NCBI GenBank assembly: GCA_043228905.1 | Contig: JBHGNT010000004.1 | Coordinates: 8,990,001 to 9,054,000, forward strand | DNA length: 64,000 nucleotides | Origin: Azolla caroliniana | Taxonomy: Eukaryota; Plantae; Polypodiophyta | Direction: 5' to 3' | Part shown: positions 50,113-62,239 of the stretch, one piece after another | Position numbering within the stretch: position 1 is the first letter of the stretch | Layout: every line of letters begins with the position of its first letter | The notes under the pieces: model-generated | Told to the model about the DNA's origin: nothing | What the model saw: only the letters and a program-made list of their open reading frames with translations | Databases searched by the model: none | Position numbers and translations under genes: made by a program

Positions 50113-53100
50113 AACCTGAATGAATAAATAGAAGAAAATGCTAAAAAATATGTTACATGCACAAGGCAAGATTCAAACCTTGTACCACCATGTTAATAAT
50201 TCTAAGCCTTACCATTGTACTACCTCATGATAAGTGATGTAATTATGAATTTAGTATATACAAGATCTTATCCTACAAATAAATTCTAGGTAACTTACTT
50301 GTGCACAACTAGTGTGCATGAATAGTTAGAAAAAAGCATGATGCTTGCCATGTGGCGAGCTATACTTAGCCTCACTTACTCATGCTCAACTAGTGTGGAT
50401 GAAGACTATAGTTAGAAAAAGCATGATATTTACCATGTAGTAAGTTATACTTAGCCTCTCCCATCACTATATAAGGATGGGAGCAAAATCTAATAAGGGG
50501 GTTAAATTCTTGGGTATTATTAGGGTTCTAAATATTGATTAATTTAATACACAATACTCGTGGAATTCACGAGTTTTCTATCTCTCTCTTTCAATCTATT
50601 CATAAAGATTATCTGTCTTAAATTCCTCCTCCTCATCCAAAACCTCGGTGGTTCCACCCGACTACACAACAATCTGGCGCCGTAAGGCACGACACATTTG
50701 GTGAACACGACGTGAAGACGGGTGGCAAGGAGATAGAGAATCAACAAGAGGCGATCAATATGATGATGATGTTCGAGTGGATATTGTAGGAAAAACGCGC
50801 GATGTCAGAGATCGCGGCGACAATAGAGCGGCTCGTGCAATGGTACGGGCAATTCAATGGAAAGGATGTGTCACACTATCTACGAAACTACAAGGCAAAG
50901 ATGTTGTGATGTGGGATCCTGGAAGGATTGCAAGTGATATCCTTCAATCAGGTGGCTACGAATGGGCTTCAAGGGAGCATCCACGTGGATATTGTAGGAA
51001 AAACGCGCGATGTCAGAGATCGCGGCGACAATAGAGCGGCTCGTGCAATGGTACGGGCAATTCAATGGAAAGGATGTGTCACACTATCTACGAAACTACA
51101 AGGCAAAGATGTTGTGATGTGGGATCCTGGAAGGATTGCAAGTGATATCCTTCAATCAGGTGGCTACGAATGGGCTTCAAGGGAGCATCCACGGGATACA
51201 ACAACAAAATCCGACGTGGGCGGCCTTTGAAGAAGCAAGGCAACACAGAGGGGATTCTAGGATTGGGTGGAAACACCGAACAAAGGGTTGAAAGTTCTCG
51301 AAGTGTTCTTAGAATTTGAGAGTCGATTCGGGAAGGTATCTACGAGAGATCAAGCTATCCTCGCACCGGACAAAGTGATCATGTTCTTACGAGCTATGGA
51401 TGACCGGGACTGAAACGATCTTAGGATGTTGTTGGAAGATGTAACTACAACTATTGGGCTCACAAATGTCTGCACGAACGTGAGGACTAGCGTCGCCCGG
51501 TTCAAAAAGAGGAGATAGTGGTTTGGAAATGAAGAGAAGAGGGTTTTGAAACTAACTCCCAGATCAAGAGCTGGATTAGGGGACCTCCAATCACGAATCC
51601 ATGAGACCACGATCGAGAGAGGAATAGCCACATCCGTGGTTGAGCAAATTCTAAAAGGGATGGAGGACCTGAAAATTGCCATGGTGAAGAAAACGGAGGA
51701 CCAGCCTGTGAGTTCTAAGTATATGGACCGTCAATGTATATGGTGTGATAGTACTGAACACGACCACAAGGATTGTGATGAACATAAGGAGGCATTATAG
51801 TGGGATCCCATCTACTGAGAAGGGAACCAGATCCATTCTATGGACTCCCGAAAGCCACTCCAACAGAACTTCCGAAAAGGTAGTATGAAGAAGATGCAAG
51901 AGGAGGAGATGGTGGTGCGAAGCAAATATGTGACAATTGCAGGAATATAGGTAGGCGGTTCATACGGAGCAAAAGCAACCTTCTAGTCGGAAGTGCCAGA
52001 AATTTCAGAGATGTCTAGCTCTGATGAAATCCGGAGCACCACAAATGACATCCAGGAAGTTATGGGATGGGAGTGCCCCGTAGATAAGAATAGTGTATAT
52101 GCCTTATGTTAGCTACATGAGGTGTACGTAGATGAGAAGTGACGGTGCACGGATGAAGCGGCTGAACTGTCGAAGGCACCTGAGAGCTGGAACTCTGAAG
52201 AGAAGGGAAAAGGGAAGATGATTGTGGCATTCAAACTCGTCTTTGACATCGATCAACAGACGAACCTAAAAAAGGTGTTCGAAGAGAGAATCCACGATAG
52301 TCGGGTAGACTTTTCCCTTCGAGAATTGCTCGGACTCGCAAAGGAGTTCTACGATCTCCTCGTGGATCTCATAAAAAGAAAGAGGCAGGCTATAGAAGAG
52401 TTAAATGCTCCAAGGGTAAATGCGAGTACCATTTTAATGAACGACATAGAAGCATAGGATGAAATTCCAAACTCCCACTACACAAAGCCACACTAGGCAC
52501 GGGGAACTACATAGACTCCGGTCCAGATTGGAAACATCAAAGAGGCCGTAGTTGTGTTGATTGATCACAGATCAGAGATCAATTTGATGTCCAAGGAGTT
52601 CTACAAGAAGGGGAAGTGACCTATAAAGACCAATCACATATGGAAGATCTGGGCAGCCACGGAATATCTATTTATGACTTGTTTGGATGTGACGATGAAG
52701 ATTGGAGATGTGGAGATTGACCAAAATTTCTTCATGCAAAATGAGGTTTCACATTACGTGATCCTCAGGCAAACTTTCATTATAACTTCACAAATGGAAA
52801 CAAAGGTGCTCGACAACATAACGACTTTTGCACGGATTCAGAGCAAAAACGAATTGGAAAATCTATACAATTCTTGACTGTGCTACCAAATCATGAAAGG
52901 AACAAGAGAGAGCTTTTGTCCCAGAAAAAAATGAAATTTTAAAGTGAACTATTGCAGAGTGGGGGAGTTATAGTCTGAGGAGCCTTGATACCCCACGTAG
53001 GAGGAAAAATCTCAGAACAATACAAGTGCGAATTAGTCTGAATGGGACGTCTACGTATATGGCCGTGACTAGAGTAATGAAGAAATAACTATGGAAGATG

Positions 53101-53675
53101 TAGGATGAACTACAGTTTGCATCGATCATAAAAGAAAATGAAGAAATCATGGGGTTAGTTGAGGAAGCTCGAAGAGATGGAGGGTACAAATGAGCAAGGA
53201 ATCTGGATATTTCCAGTGGAATCCGTCGAAGTATACAAGATCATTGCGGAAATGGGGCCAGATGTGCTCTAAAAAGAAGATGTGATGGTCTGCATGAAGT
53301 ATAGGACCGTGGAGAAAATGGTGAAACCAGTCACGGGACCATTATTACCCGCAAATAGGGAACAAAAGATGAAAGAAGTTTTAGATGATCTGATACATCG
53401 AAAGTTCGTAGATATCGGATATACTTGCACGAATGAGACCCGGAAGAAACTCCAGATCAGTGGAGGTGGGTTCCTCTTATAAGAACGATTATAGGAGATG
53501 TTGGAGTAGCATGGCAAAGCATTTGCATTTGCACCAAGGGAAATCGGGTGTGTGGATACGAAGAAAGTTGAGTCGGTGATCTTCGCGATCGATCACGTGT
53601 CGTAGAATCTGAAGCCAATTCTAGTTCCACGCACACATGTTCCAAAAATCATCGATTTGCTTAAAGGGAAGGTTC
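50071..53675 (+). mobile_element. Gypsy E (D-related), 5' half: LTR, tRNA-Trp PBS, gag, protease, start of RT; heavily decayed
   Basis: LTR 50071-50694 ends GGCACGACA like LTR D. PBS TGGTGAACACGACGTGAA 50699-50716. CIWCD..H...C knuckle; LIDHRSEINLMS protease; KPVTGP pre-RT region. Confidence 0.85.
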
Positions 53676-56457
53676 ACACATTTGTCTCCTCGTTGGTGTT
53701 GTTGTATAGACTCATGTCTATAAAACACCTTATGTATGTGTGAAAGTTAATGTGCAGAAGCTTAGAAAAACTGGCTCAACCAAATAGCAATAGAAAATAG
53801 AACTAAGGTTTAATGGAAATCTTGTGTTACACACACAGAGTACGCAAGAGAGACAGAGAGAGCAGAACAACATAAAACTAAAATCACAAAATATCACTCT
53901 ATACATACAATGTGCTCAAAGAGCACTTTTAACAAGTCCTTAAAAGGACTGACAGAAGTACTAATAAGTACTTCAATGCTCGTATTGAGCTACTGACACT
54001 AACTCCTAGGATACCTACCTAGTCTAGGAGTGTAGACCTCTAACGACCTATCGGTTTGCAAGTGGGTCTAGCTCTCCGATCTGGCCCCCTTCTCTAGACA
54101 CCGATCTAGCTCTGGTTCCGGATACCGATCTAGCTCTGGCTTATTCAACCAATTCGGATCAGGTTGAGTTGGTCCACTCAACACTCCCCCTCAAGCTCAA
54201 CTTGACGTTGGATCTCAGTGCCAGTCTTTGCCGATCCTTGCAATAAACTATTCCTGACATATTCTCGCCTTGCTCGTGCTCCTCGACCCGTACGGTTCCG
54301 CTTCCAACGACCCGCACGGTTTTGCACACCTTGACCTTCTCGGTCGGCTTGTCTCCTCAAGAGGCCCATCTTAGCTCCTTCCCTATTGTGACTTCGGCGC
54401 TTCTAGATCCAACAGTTCCTTTGTGTCGGTGTCGACTTCTGTTTCCTTTTTGTCCGCTTGGCCTTGAGTTGATTCGGCTCCTCCAAATTGAACACCTCTT
54501 TTGAATAAGCCCTTTACCACATCAGACCATGTTCGGGTCTTGGCCTTCTTCTTCTAGTCGACTATGTCCTTCTTGACTTTGCCGCCTTCGTCGCTTATTC
54601 CAACTTTTTTTGATGTGCTGACTTCTTCATTCGACTTAGCTCCCTTTTTCTTCTTGTCTCCCCCCTGTTTCGGTCATTTCCTCCTGCTCTCCGGCTGCTT
54701 CTCTGGTGCCTTTACCTATCTCTTCGGTTTCTATTCTTGTTCTCCCCCACAAGTGCGGCATGTCGAGATGTTGTAGCCCAAGCATCTCCGAAAAATGTTG
54801 CAACTTGTCTGACCCGAGTGGCTTGGTGAAGATGATGGCAACCTGCCAATCCGTTCAAACTTACCGGAGTTCGACTTCACCGCTGAGGACCCGTGCTCGC
54901 ACGAAGTGATAATGCATTTCAATGTGCTTCGTCCGAGCATGGAACACGAGGTTCTTGGCCAGCTGCATGCTACTCATGTTGTCGTAGTAGATCGGGATCG
55001 GAGTCGGTACGTCAATTCGGAGGTCTTGTAGCAGTCGCCAAAGCCATATGTCTTCACAGGTAGCAATGGTAGCGCCTTGGTACTCAGCCTTAGTGCTCGA
55101 TAGAGCCACTATCAGCTGCTTTTTGCTGCTCCACGCACTAGTCACGCTACCCAGAGAGAACATGAAACCGGAGGTGGAACGACGATCCGACGCATCACCG
55201 GCCCAGTTGGCATCTGTATAACCGACTAGTTTTTTAGTTATACCATGTCAGTATAACAGTCCCCGATCCTTCGTGCCGCTCACATATCGCAATAGTCGAT
55301 GCAGGCACTAAAGGTGCTTGACGGTTGGCTTCTGCATAAACTGTTGGTTTGGTTGATCGTTAAGTAAATAAGGCTTCTAACAATTTGTCGGAATCGTCTC
55401 TCATTGTAGGCCGGTCCAGAGTCAGGATGAAGCTTCAGGTTTCGGTCCAGGGGTGTGGAGACCAATTGGCAATCCGTCATGCCGAACTTGTACAACATAT
55501 TCAACACATAGTGTTGCTAAGGTAACAAAATGCCATCGGGGGTGTGGATCACTTCGATCCCAAGGAAGTAATGAAGGTCCCCCAGGTCATTCATTTTGAA
55601 TGCGTCCGCCAGTTGGACTTCCCTCGGCCAATTTTAGCGAGTCCGGGTCCAGGTCCGGTGATGACTAGATCATCCACATATATCAATATGTACAACAAAC
55701 CTCTCCGAATGAACAATGAAGAATCAGACTTCAAGGCCTCAAACCCCATCTTACGCAACTAGTGCGTGATTATCTAATTCCAAGCTTGGGGGGCTTGCTT
55801 CAAGCAGTAGAGCGACTTCTTGAGTCGGCACATAGCCCAGTTGTTCATCTCCAGCGGAAATCTGGGGGGTTGGATCATATAGACTTGTTCTTCAAGATCG
55901 CCTTGAAGAAATGCATTCTTCACGTCCATTGGTGAAGATGCCACCCCCCCCCCCCCCCCCCCCCCTTGCCACAACAACCGCCAACACCACATGGACAATC
56001 GTCATTTTCGCTACCGGAGTGAAGGTCTCGTTGTAGTCGATTCCGTGGGTATGTGTGTATCCCTTCGCCACTAGCCGGGTCTTGTACCGGTTGACGGAAG
56101 CGTCAACATTATACTTTACCTTGTATACCCACTTCTAGCCGATCAGTTTCCAATGTCGGGGAGGGTCAACCAGATCCCAGGTGTCATTGGCATCGAGTGC
56201 CCGCATTTCTTCCTCCATAGTGGCACGTTGGTTTGCATCTTTCGCCGCTTCTGCGTAGCTCTACGGCTCACGCACTTCTACCACTGTCGTCATGTACGCA
56301 TAATGATGCACCATGTACTCATTATACCCATACTACTTCACGAGATTCTTCTGGCAGGTAGATCGACGTAACTTCTCGTTTGCCGATTTAAGGGCCCTCT
56401 TGGCTGACTCGGACTTCGTCTCCGAAGGTCTGTCTTTGTTTTGTTCAGAGTCGGATT

Positions 56458-57011
56458 TGTTGGGAATTCCGTCCCTCTGGATGGGATCTGAATGAGAATC
56501 GAACAAGGCAGTTTGGATGAGTTGAAGGAAAGAACTAGACCAGATGGATCTAGAAGATATCCGGAAACCCGATCGGATGGATTCGGTTGGTATCCGGTTA
56601 GACATTAGTTTATGTATATGTTCTGATGTGACGGTTTCAGGTCATCTTTGCAAATAGTCCTAAAGTTATATAAGTATAAATATAACTAGGGTAACAATGT
56701 TCATTAAGGTTGTTATCATTATTGTTGTACAGAATGAGAGAGAGAGTGAAATAGAAAGAAATTTCTATTGTAACCGCCGATTGGCGAAGACAGAGCTTGA
56801 GGTCATTGCCTCTGAGTGTCACACCATTGTACCCTTCTTCTCTCATAGTGATAGTTGGAGTCTGTGGGCTCCCGTGGTTTTTACCTATTAGGGTTTTCCA
56901 CGTTAACATTTGATGTCGTCTTTGTTTTCTATGTAAGTGCATTGCCACTTTTTGTTTATTTCTTCCATCGTGCGTTTGAGACTTGGTTGTGGCCGAGCAC
57001 TATTTTCTACA
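56458..57011 (+). mobile_element. Solo LTR G (554 bp), TSD GGATT
   Basis: TGTTGGG...CTACA; GGATT at 56453-56457 and 57012-57016; TATA box and GGGTTTTCCACG motif shared with H, J and K. Confidence 0.9.
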
Positions 57012-58088
57012 GGATTTGCTCCGATTTGACTTGTCTCTGCCAGTATCGTATTCCGACATTTTCTTCTTCCTCTTCTCTTTGCGCGTGAACCGTCTCCTCG
57101 GTTCCTTGCACGGAGAGAGCACAACTGAGTCTCCACTACCTGCTGACTCATCATCCTGTTGGTCTTTGCGACTCGGCTCTTCATTCGAACCGCTTAGCCG
57201 GAAGGAGATCGGACTCTCATCTTGAGTGTTGAACACTTCTTCATTATCGTTTGCCCGGCTAATTTCGGGCTCATTGGCCTCATCCTTTGTGATCGGGTAA
57301 TCAGAGTTGTTGGGGGTCGGAGCCGGAGTTGGAGTCGGTATGGAGTACCATGTAGCCGACTCATCAAACTCGACATCGTGGCTTACTCGAACATGTTTGG
57401 TCTGGGGGTTATAACACTTATACCCCTTCTATTCATGTGAGTAGCCAACCAAAATGAATTTCTCCGACTTCAGGGCCAGCTTTCTCCGCCTCTCCTCCAG
57501 CACATGCACATAGGCAATACTGTCGAATATCCTTAGGTGTCGTAAATTTGGCGTCCGCCCGAAATACAGTTTGTGTGCCAACACCTTCTCCCCGATCTGA
57601 TTTGGACGTAGACGGCCGTCAAGACCTCTTTGGTCCAGTAGAACTTAGGCATTCTCTTCTCCTCCAGCATTGCCCGTGCTGCCTCGACGATCGACCGATT
57701 CTTCCTCTCGGCTATGAAGTTCTGTTTCGGCCTGATTGGCAGCTGAACTCCCTTCGAATTCCTTTCTGCTGCAAATAACTACTGAATTGGTCGGAAAAGT
57801 ATTCCTTTCCGCCATTCGACTGCATGGACTTGATCTTCCTGTCCGTTTCCCATTCGACAAGACTTTGCAAGTTCCGGAAACAGTTGAAGAACTCGCTTTT
57901 CTACTCAATGAGATAGATCCACGTGTGCCGGTTGTAGTCGTTGATGAAGGAGACGAAATATCGGCTCCCGCCAAGATTGACATTTTGTGCCGGTCCCCAT
58001 ACATCCGAATGTATCATGTCAAGCTTGTTATGGCTCCGGTTTCGCTCGTTGGCAAATGGAAGTCGGTGTTGTTTCCCAAGTTGGCAAC

Positions 58089-59114
58089 TGTTGGGAGATA
58101 GGTCCCTTCGGATGGGAAGAGAGAAGAACAGTGCCGATGAACAAACTGGCCGAGGCCGAAACCGTATGACGAGTACTCGGCTACGGAGAGACAGATGGTG
58201 CAGACCCAGTGAGGACCGGATGAGGAGTACCCGGCTACGGAGAGCCGGATGGTGCAGACCCGGTGAGAACCGGATGAGGAGTACCCGGCTACGGAGAGCC
58301 GGATGATGCAGACCCGGTGAAGACCGGATGAGGAGTACCTGGCTACGGAGAGCCGGATGGTGCAGACCCGGTGAGGACCGGATGAGGAGTACCCGGCTAC
58401 GGAGAGCCGGATGGTGCAGACCCGGTGAGGACCGGATGAGGAGTACCCGACTACGGAGAGCCGGATGGTGCAGACCCGGTGAGGACCGGATGAGGAGTAC
58501 CCAGCTACGGAGAGCCGGATGGTGCAGACTCGGTGAGGACCGGATGAGGAGTACCCGGCTACGGAGAACCGGATGGTGCAGACCCGGTGAGAACCGGATG
58601 AGGAGTACTCGGCTATGGAGAGCTGGATGGTGCAGACCCGGTGAGGAATGCTCACCGGATGAAGAGACATATTCGTAAATATGTTTCTGAGAGTCCATCG
58701 TGGCTATATTTGTAAATAGCCGAAAAGTCATATTAGTATAAATATGACTTAGGGCAAACTTTATTTACTGTTGTTGTCATTCTTGTTGGTGCAAGGGAGA
58801 GAGACAACGCGTAACTGTGTATAGAGAGAGAGAGAGAGAGAAAGAGGTCGTTGCCTCTGTTGTAACCACCGCCTGTGGCGAAGATCGTGAGCACGAGGTC
58901 ATTGCCTCCGTGAACTCACTGTTGTACATTCTAACATAGTGATAGTTTGCAGCCTGTGGGCTGCCGTGGTTTTTTCCCTAGTTTGGGTTTTCCACGTAAA
59001 CATCCTATGTACTCTTCTCTTCTTCGTGTCATTCAGTCTTTCCCGTTTTCTATGTATGATTTTAAGCTCGGTTGTGGCCGAGCGTTGTGCATAAGGAGCG
59101 TTGAGTTCCCGTCA
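58089..59114 (+). mobile_element. Solo LTR H (1026 bp), TSD GCAAC, containing a 54-bp minisatellite
   Basis: TGTTGGG...GTCA; GCAAC at 58084-58088 and 59115-59119. Confidence 0.9.
58162..58650 (+). repeat. 54-bp tandem array, about 9 copies
   Basis: Unit CCGGATGAGGAGTACCCGGCTACGGAGAGCCGGATGGTGCAGACCCGGTGAGGA, head-to-tail with no spacers. Confidence 0.95.
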
Positions 59115-59140
59115 GCAACCTTCACAAAATTGGGCCTTCC

Positions 59141-59595
59141 TGTTATGGGCATGACCATAGAATATCCCGTGGTGAGAATTTACCGTAGTATTCTATACAC
59201 ATGGATAAAGTGTGAGGGTTAAATGAGAGTGTAAAGAAGAGGAGGATTAATTTTAATACTCAGGATTGAGACAACCCATTAGGCCAAGTGTGAACTTGCA
59301 TGGGGGCCTTAGTTCTGGCTATAAATATGAGGCCTAGCTACCCTCATTTGACACATTATCTACTATGTTGAGACTCTGACATTGTGGTGGGTCAACACTT
59401 GTAGTGAGTGCGTCAGCACCAGGTAGGACTCGATGCCACGACGGTGGTATGGGACGTTGATCGAGGCTCGAGTCTGTCTCAATCCCTTCGCTCGGGGGTG
59501 GTCGGGTGGATCGACACCCTTCTTTCTCTCTCTCCGTTGTTATTTATCTATCTTTGATCCTTATTATATGCTTCCATTAGATCTTAGCTCTAACA
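59141..59595. mobile_element. Solo LTR I (455 bp), TSD CTTCC
   Basis: TGTTA...TAACA termini; CTTCC at 59136-59140 and 59596-59600; the host Copia sequence rejoins across it. Confidence 0.88.
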
Positions 59596-60821
59596 CTTCC
59601 GGCCACTAAATTTCGGTAGTCCGAACACCACCTGTTTCGATTGCAGATCTTGAAGCCTCTGGTAGTTGACGTGGTTGATCCACTTGTGCCATAAGTCGAT
59701 GTCCGATTGGACTTTTTGTCGTTTTGCAAATAGAGTGGTATCAACTTCATTGGTGTCGAGGATAAACATCCTCCCGTCCCCGAACCCTTGCATGATGATC
59801 TGGCCGTCTTCCTCGATGAAGCACCCGAGGTGTGTAAACCGCACTTGCATCCCCTGGTCGACGATCTGTCCGACCGACACCAGGTTCTTTTGTGATTGTT
59901 GGAACATTTAAAACATTCATTAGCTTGCCCTTTTGTCCAACATGGCTTAAAGTGGGTGAGGGGTGTCGTCTCCAATTTCGACAACTCCCGGTTGCTCCGG
60001 TTTTTCTAGAAATGAGAACCACTCTTCGTGGCTCGTCATGTGGTTAGACACTTTGGAGTCAACGTACCACACTTCCTCCGATGTGGAAGTGGTATTCTTC
60101 ATCAAGTTCGCCTTGTATTTCATCACAAAGGTTGGACCTTTTTCAGTCTTTTCGGTTTCGTATCCTTCCGGTCCTTCTGTGTAGTGCGAGCTTTGTCGGT
60201 TCCCTTGTCTGGCCTTACCGGATCTGGATTTATCCGAATCAGAGCGCTTCTTCCAGCACTCGCTCTCACGGTGACCTTTCTTGCCACAATACCAGCATTC
60301 CGTGTCAGTCTTCCCTTGGCGTTTTCCAATGCCGCTTTGACTCCCCCTACTTGTGGAGGGTCCAGAATTGTTGTCGGCACTATCTCTGTGCCTTCGGTTC
60401 TGCTCTTGACGGCCGCCGCTAATGTGTGCCGACCCACCTCGTCCTCCACGCCCACCGGGCCGATCCGCCTCCGTGCACAACATCTGGTTGTTCGATTAAA
60501 TGGTCTTTGACCCACTCGCGTGGTTTTATTCAACCATTAGCATTGATTGCAGGTCAAAGAAGGATGGTGGCTTCTCCTAGGTGCAAATCACAGTTCAGTT
60601 TGGCACGTACCATTGTGCTAGAACATGGAGGTAGATCTAGACCTTCTCTTCTTCGTCCACCGTCACGTTGATGGAACCGAGCGCGTCATAGATATCCTTT
60701 ATTTTAGGTGGTATAGTTGGGAGCTGACATATCTCGCTGTCGGATGTTGTTGAGCTGCTGTCGGAGCTGCAACTTCCGGGTCGTCGCGCTTGCTGTTGTC
60801 ATGGTGTAGCTCGCCACAACT

Positions 60822-61091
60822 GTTTTCCTTCTGGCCCGGCGTTGCCCAAAGTGACAACTAGCGTCTCCCAACTATCTGGGAGGGAACTGAGCAGGAGCAA
60901 TGCAAGTACCTCGTCAGCCAGAGGTACTTCAAACGAAGTTGTTTGATTTATGAGTCCTTGAAATGCATTCATGTGCTCTGCCATGTTGGATCCGTCATGA
61001 TATCGGAGCCTCACTAGCTTCCAAAATACCGAAACACGATTTACGACGTTTTTACTCTCGAGCATAGTGGCAAATTTCTCCCAGATCACAT
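60822..61091 (-). pseudogene. gag fragment of a second, Tork/Tnt1-like Copia lineage
   Basis: WEKFATML..KNVVNRV...LLLLSSLPDSWETLVVTL (Retrotran_gag_2-like). Confidence 0.75.
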
Positions 61092-62222
61092 TGTTGGGAA
61101 ATCGGTCTCTCCGGATGGGATCCGGTGATGAATAAAGAGGACCCAGTGAGAACTGGAAAAGATCCGGAAACCGGAGGAGACCTGGTGAGAACCGAAAGAG
61201 AAGATAGATTTGTAAATATGTCTTGAATAAGCCCATTGAGGATATTTCTGTAAATAGCCCTATGTTGAGAAATCGATGCGGAATAGATCACAATAAACGA
61301 ACTACGCGCTGAAATATGAATCACAGAAATGCTAGAAAAAACAAGACAGACAACCGTGCACAAAGATTTACGTGAAAACCCTAAAAGCGGGGGAAAACCA
61401 CGGGTGAACAGATTCTTCACTATAAGTAGTGGATATACAATACAAAGATGATTACAACACTCTCTCACGAGTGCATCAGCCGCACAGGGCTCTTCACGTC
61501 TGCTGTTACACACACAGCTATGGCGTGGCTCACACTTCTCTCTCTCACGCTCTCTTGCATTTTACAACTTCTGTTCTTACGCAGTTCATCACTCTACTCC
61601 AATTACACTAAAGTTTGCCCTAGTTGCGTATATACTTACGCAACTTTCTGGCCATTTACATACCTAACCCTCGTGGGGCGCACACTTAGACTATTTACAA
61701 TTATAGTCTCCCGAGTTGGCTATTTACACGATTTCGGTTTCGGCCTCGGCCGAGTCACTCATCAACTTGGCTCCTCTCTCTTTCCCATTTGGAGGGACTT
61801 GTTTCCACACATCATCATCATCATTATTACTATAATAATAACAGTCAACTCTTCGACTGTTGGCTTTCCGAACAGTCGGATCATCCCTATCATCGACTGT
61901 CGGCTTTCCGATCAGTCGGTTCTTCCTCCCACTAGAGGGACATATTCCCAACACTAAATTCATATAACTATAAATATGACTTAGGGCAATCACTTTAATA
62001 TGATGAGTGTATTGTTGTTATATATCGCTGTAACTGTTGTACAGAGTGAGAGTGAGAGAGAGAGAGACATACAGAGTGATACTCTGTTGTAACCGCCATT
62101 GTGCGAAGAAAAAGAGCTCGAGGTTGTTGCCTCCGAGTTTCTGATTATACCCCTTCTCTTCATAGTGATAGTTCGGAGTCTGTGGGCTCCCGTAATTTTT
62201 CCCTACTAGGTTTTTCCACGTA
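61092..62222 (+). mobile_element. LTR J (G family), split by inverted LTR(s) K at 61263-61953
   Basis: 61092-61262 plus 61954-62222 is colinear with LTR G. K reads TGTTGGGAATATGTCCCTC on minus from 61953, with a second H-like start at 61810. Confidence 0.75.
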
Positions 62223-62239
62223 GTTCGGAGTTTGTCGGC

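Larger units (their letters stand above)
53739..60796 (-). mobile_element. Copia F (Z/B-related), lacking its 5' end, carrying three solo LTRs
   Basis: 3' LTR ~53739-54183 with PPT 54184-54195; RH/RT 54730-56340; integrase 57300-58088; protease/knuckle/gag 59600-60796 (CWYCGKKGHRESEC). Confidence 0.88.

Noticed and set aside
58162-58650. CRISPR array or repeat-protein gene (ORFs 57901-58731 and 58014-58670)
   Set aside because: Units are head-to-tail with no unique spacers and no cas genes, and they lie inside a TSD-flanked LTR. The frames stay open only because 54 is divisible by 3.
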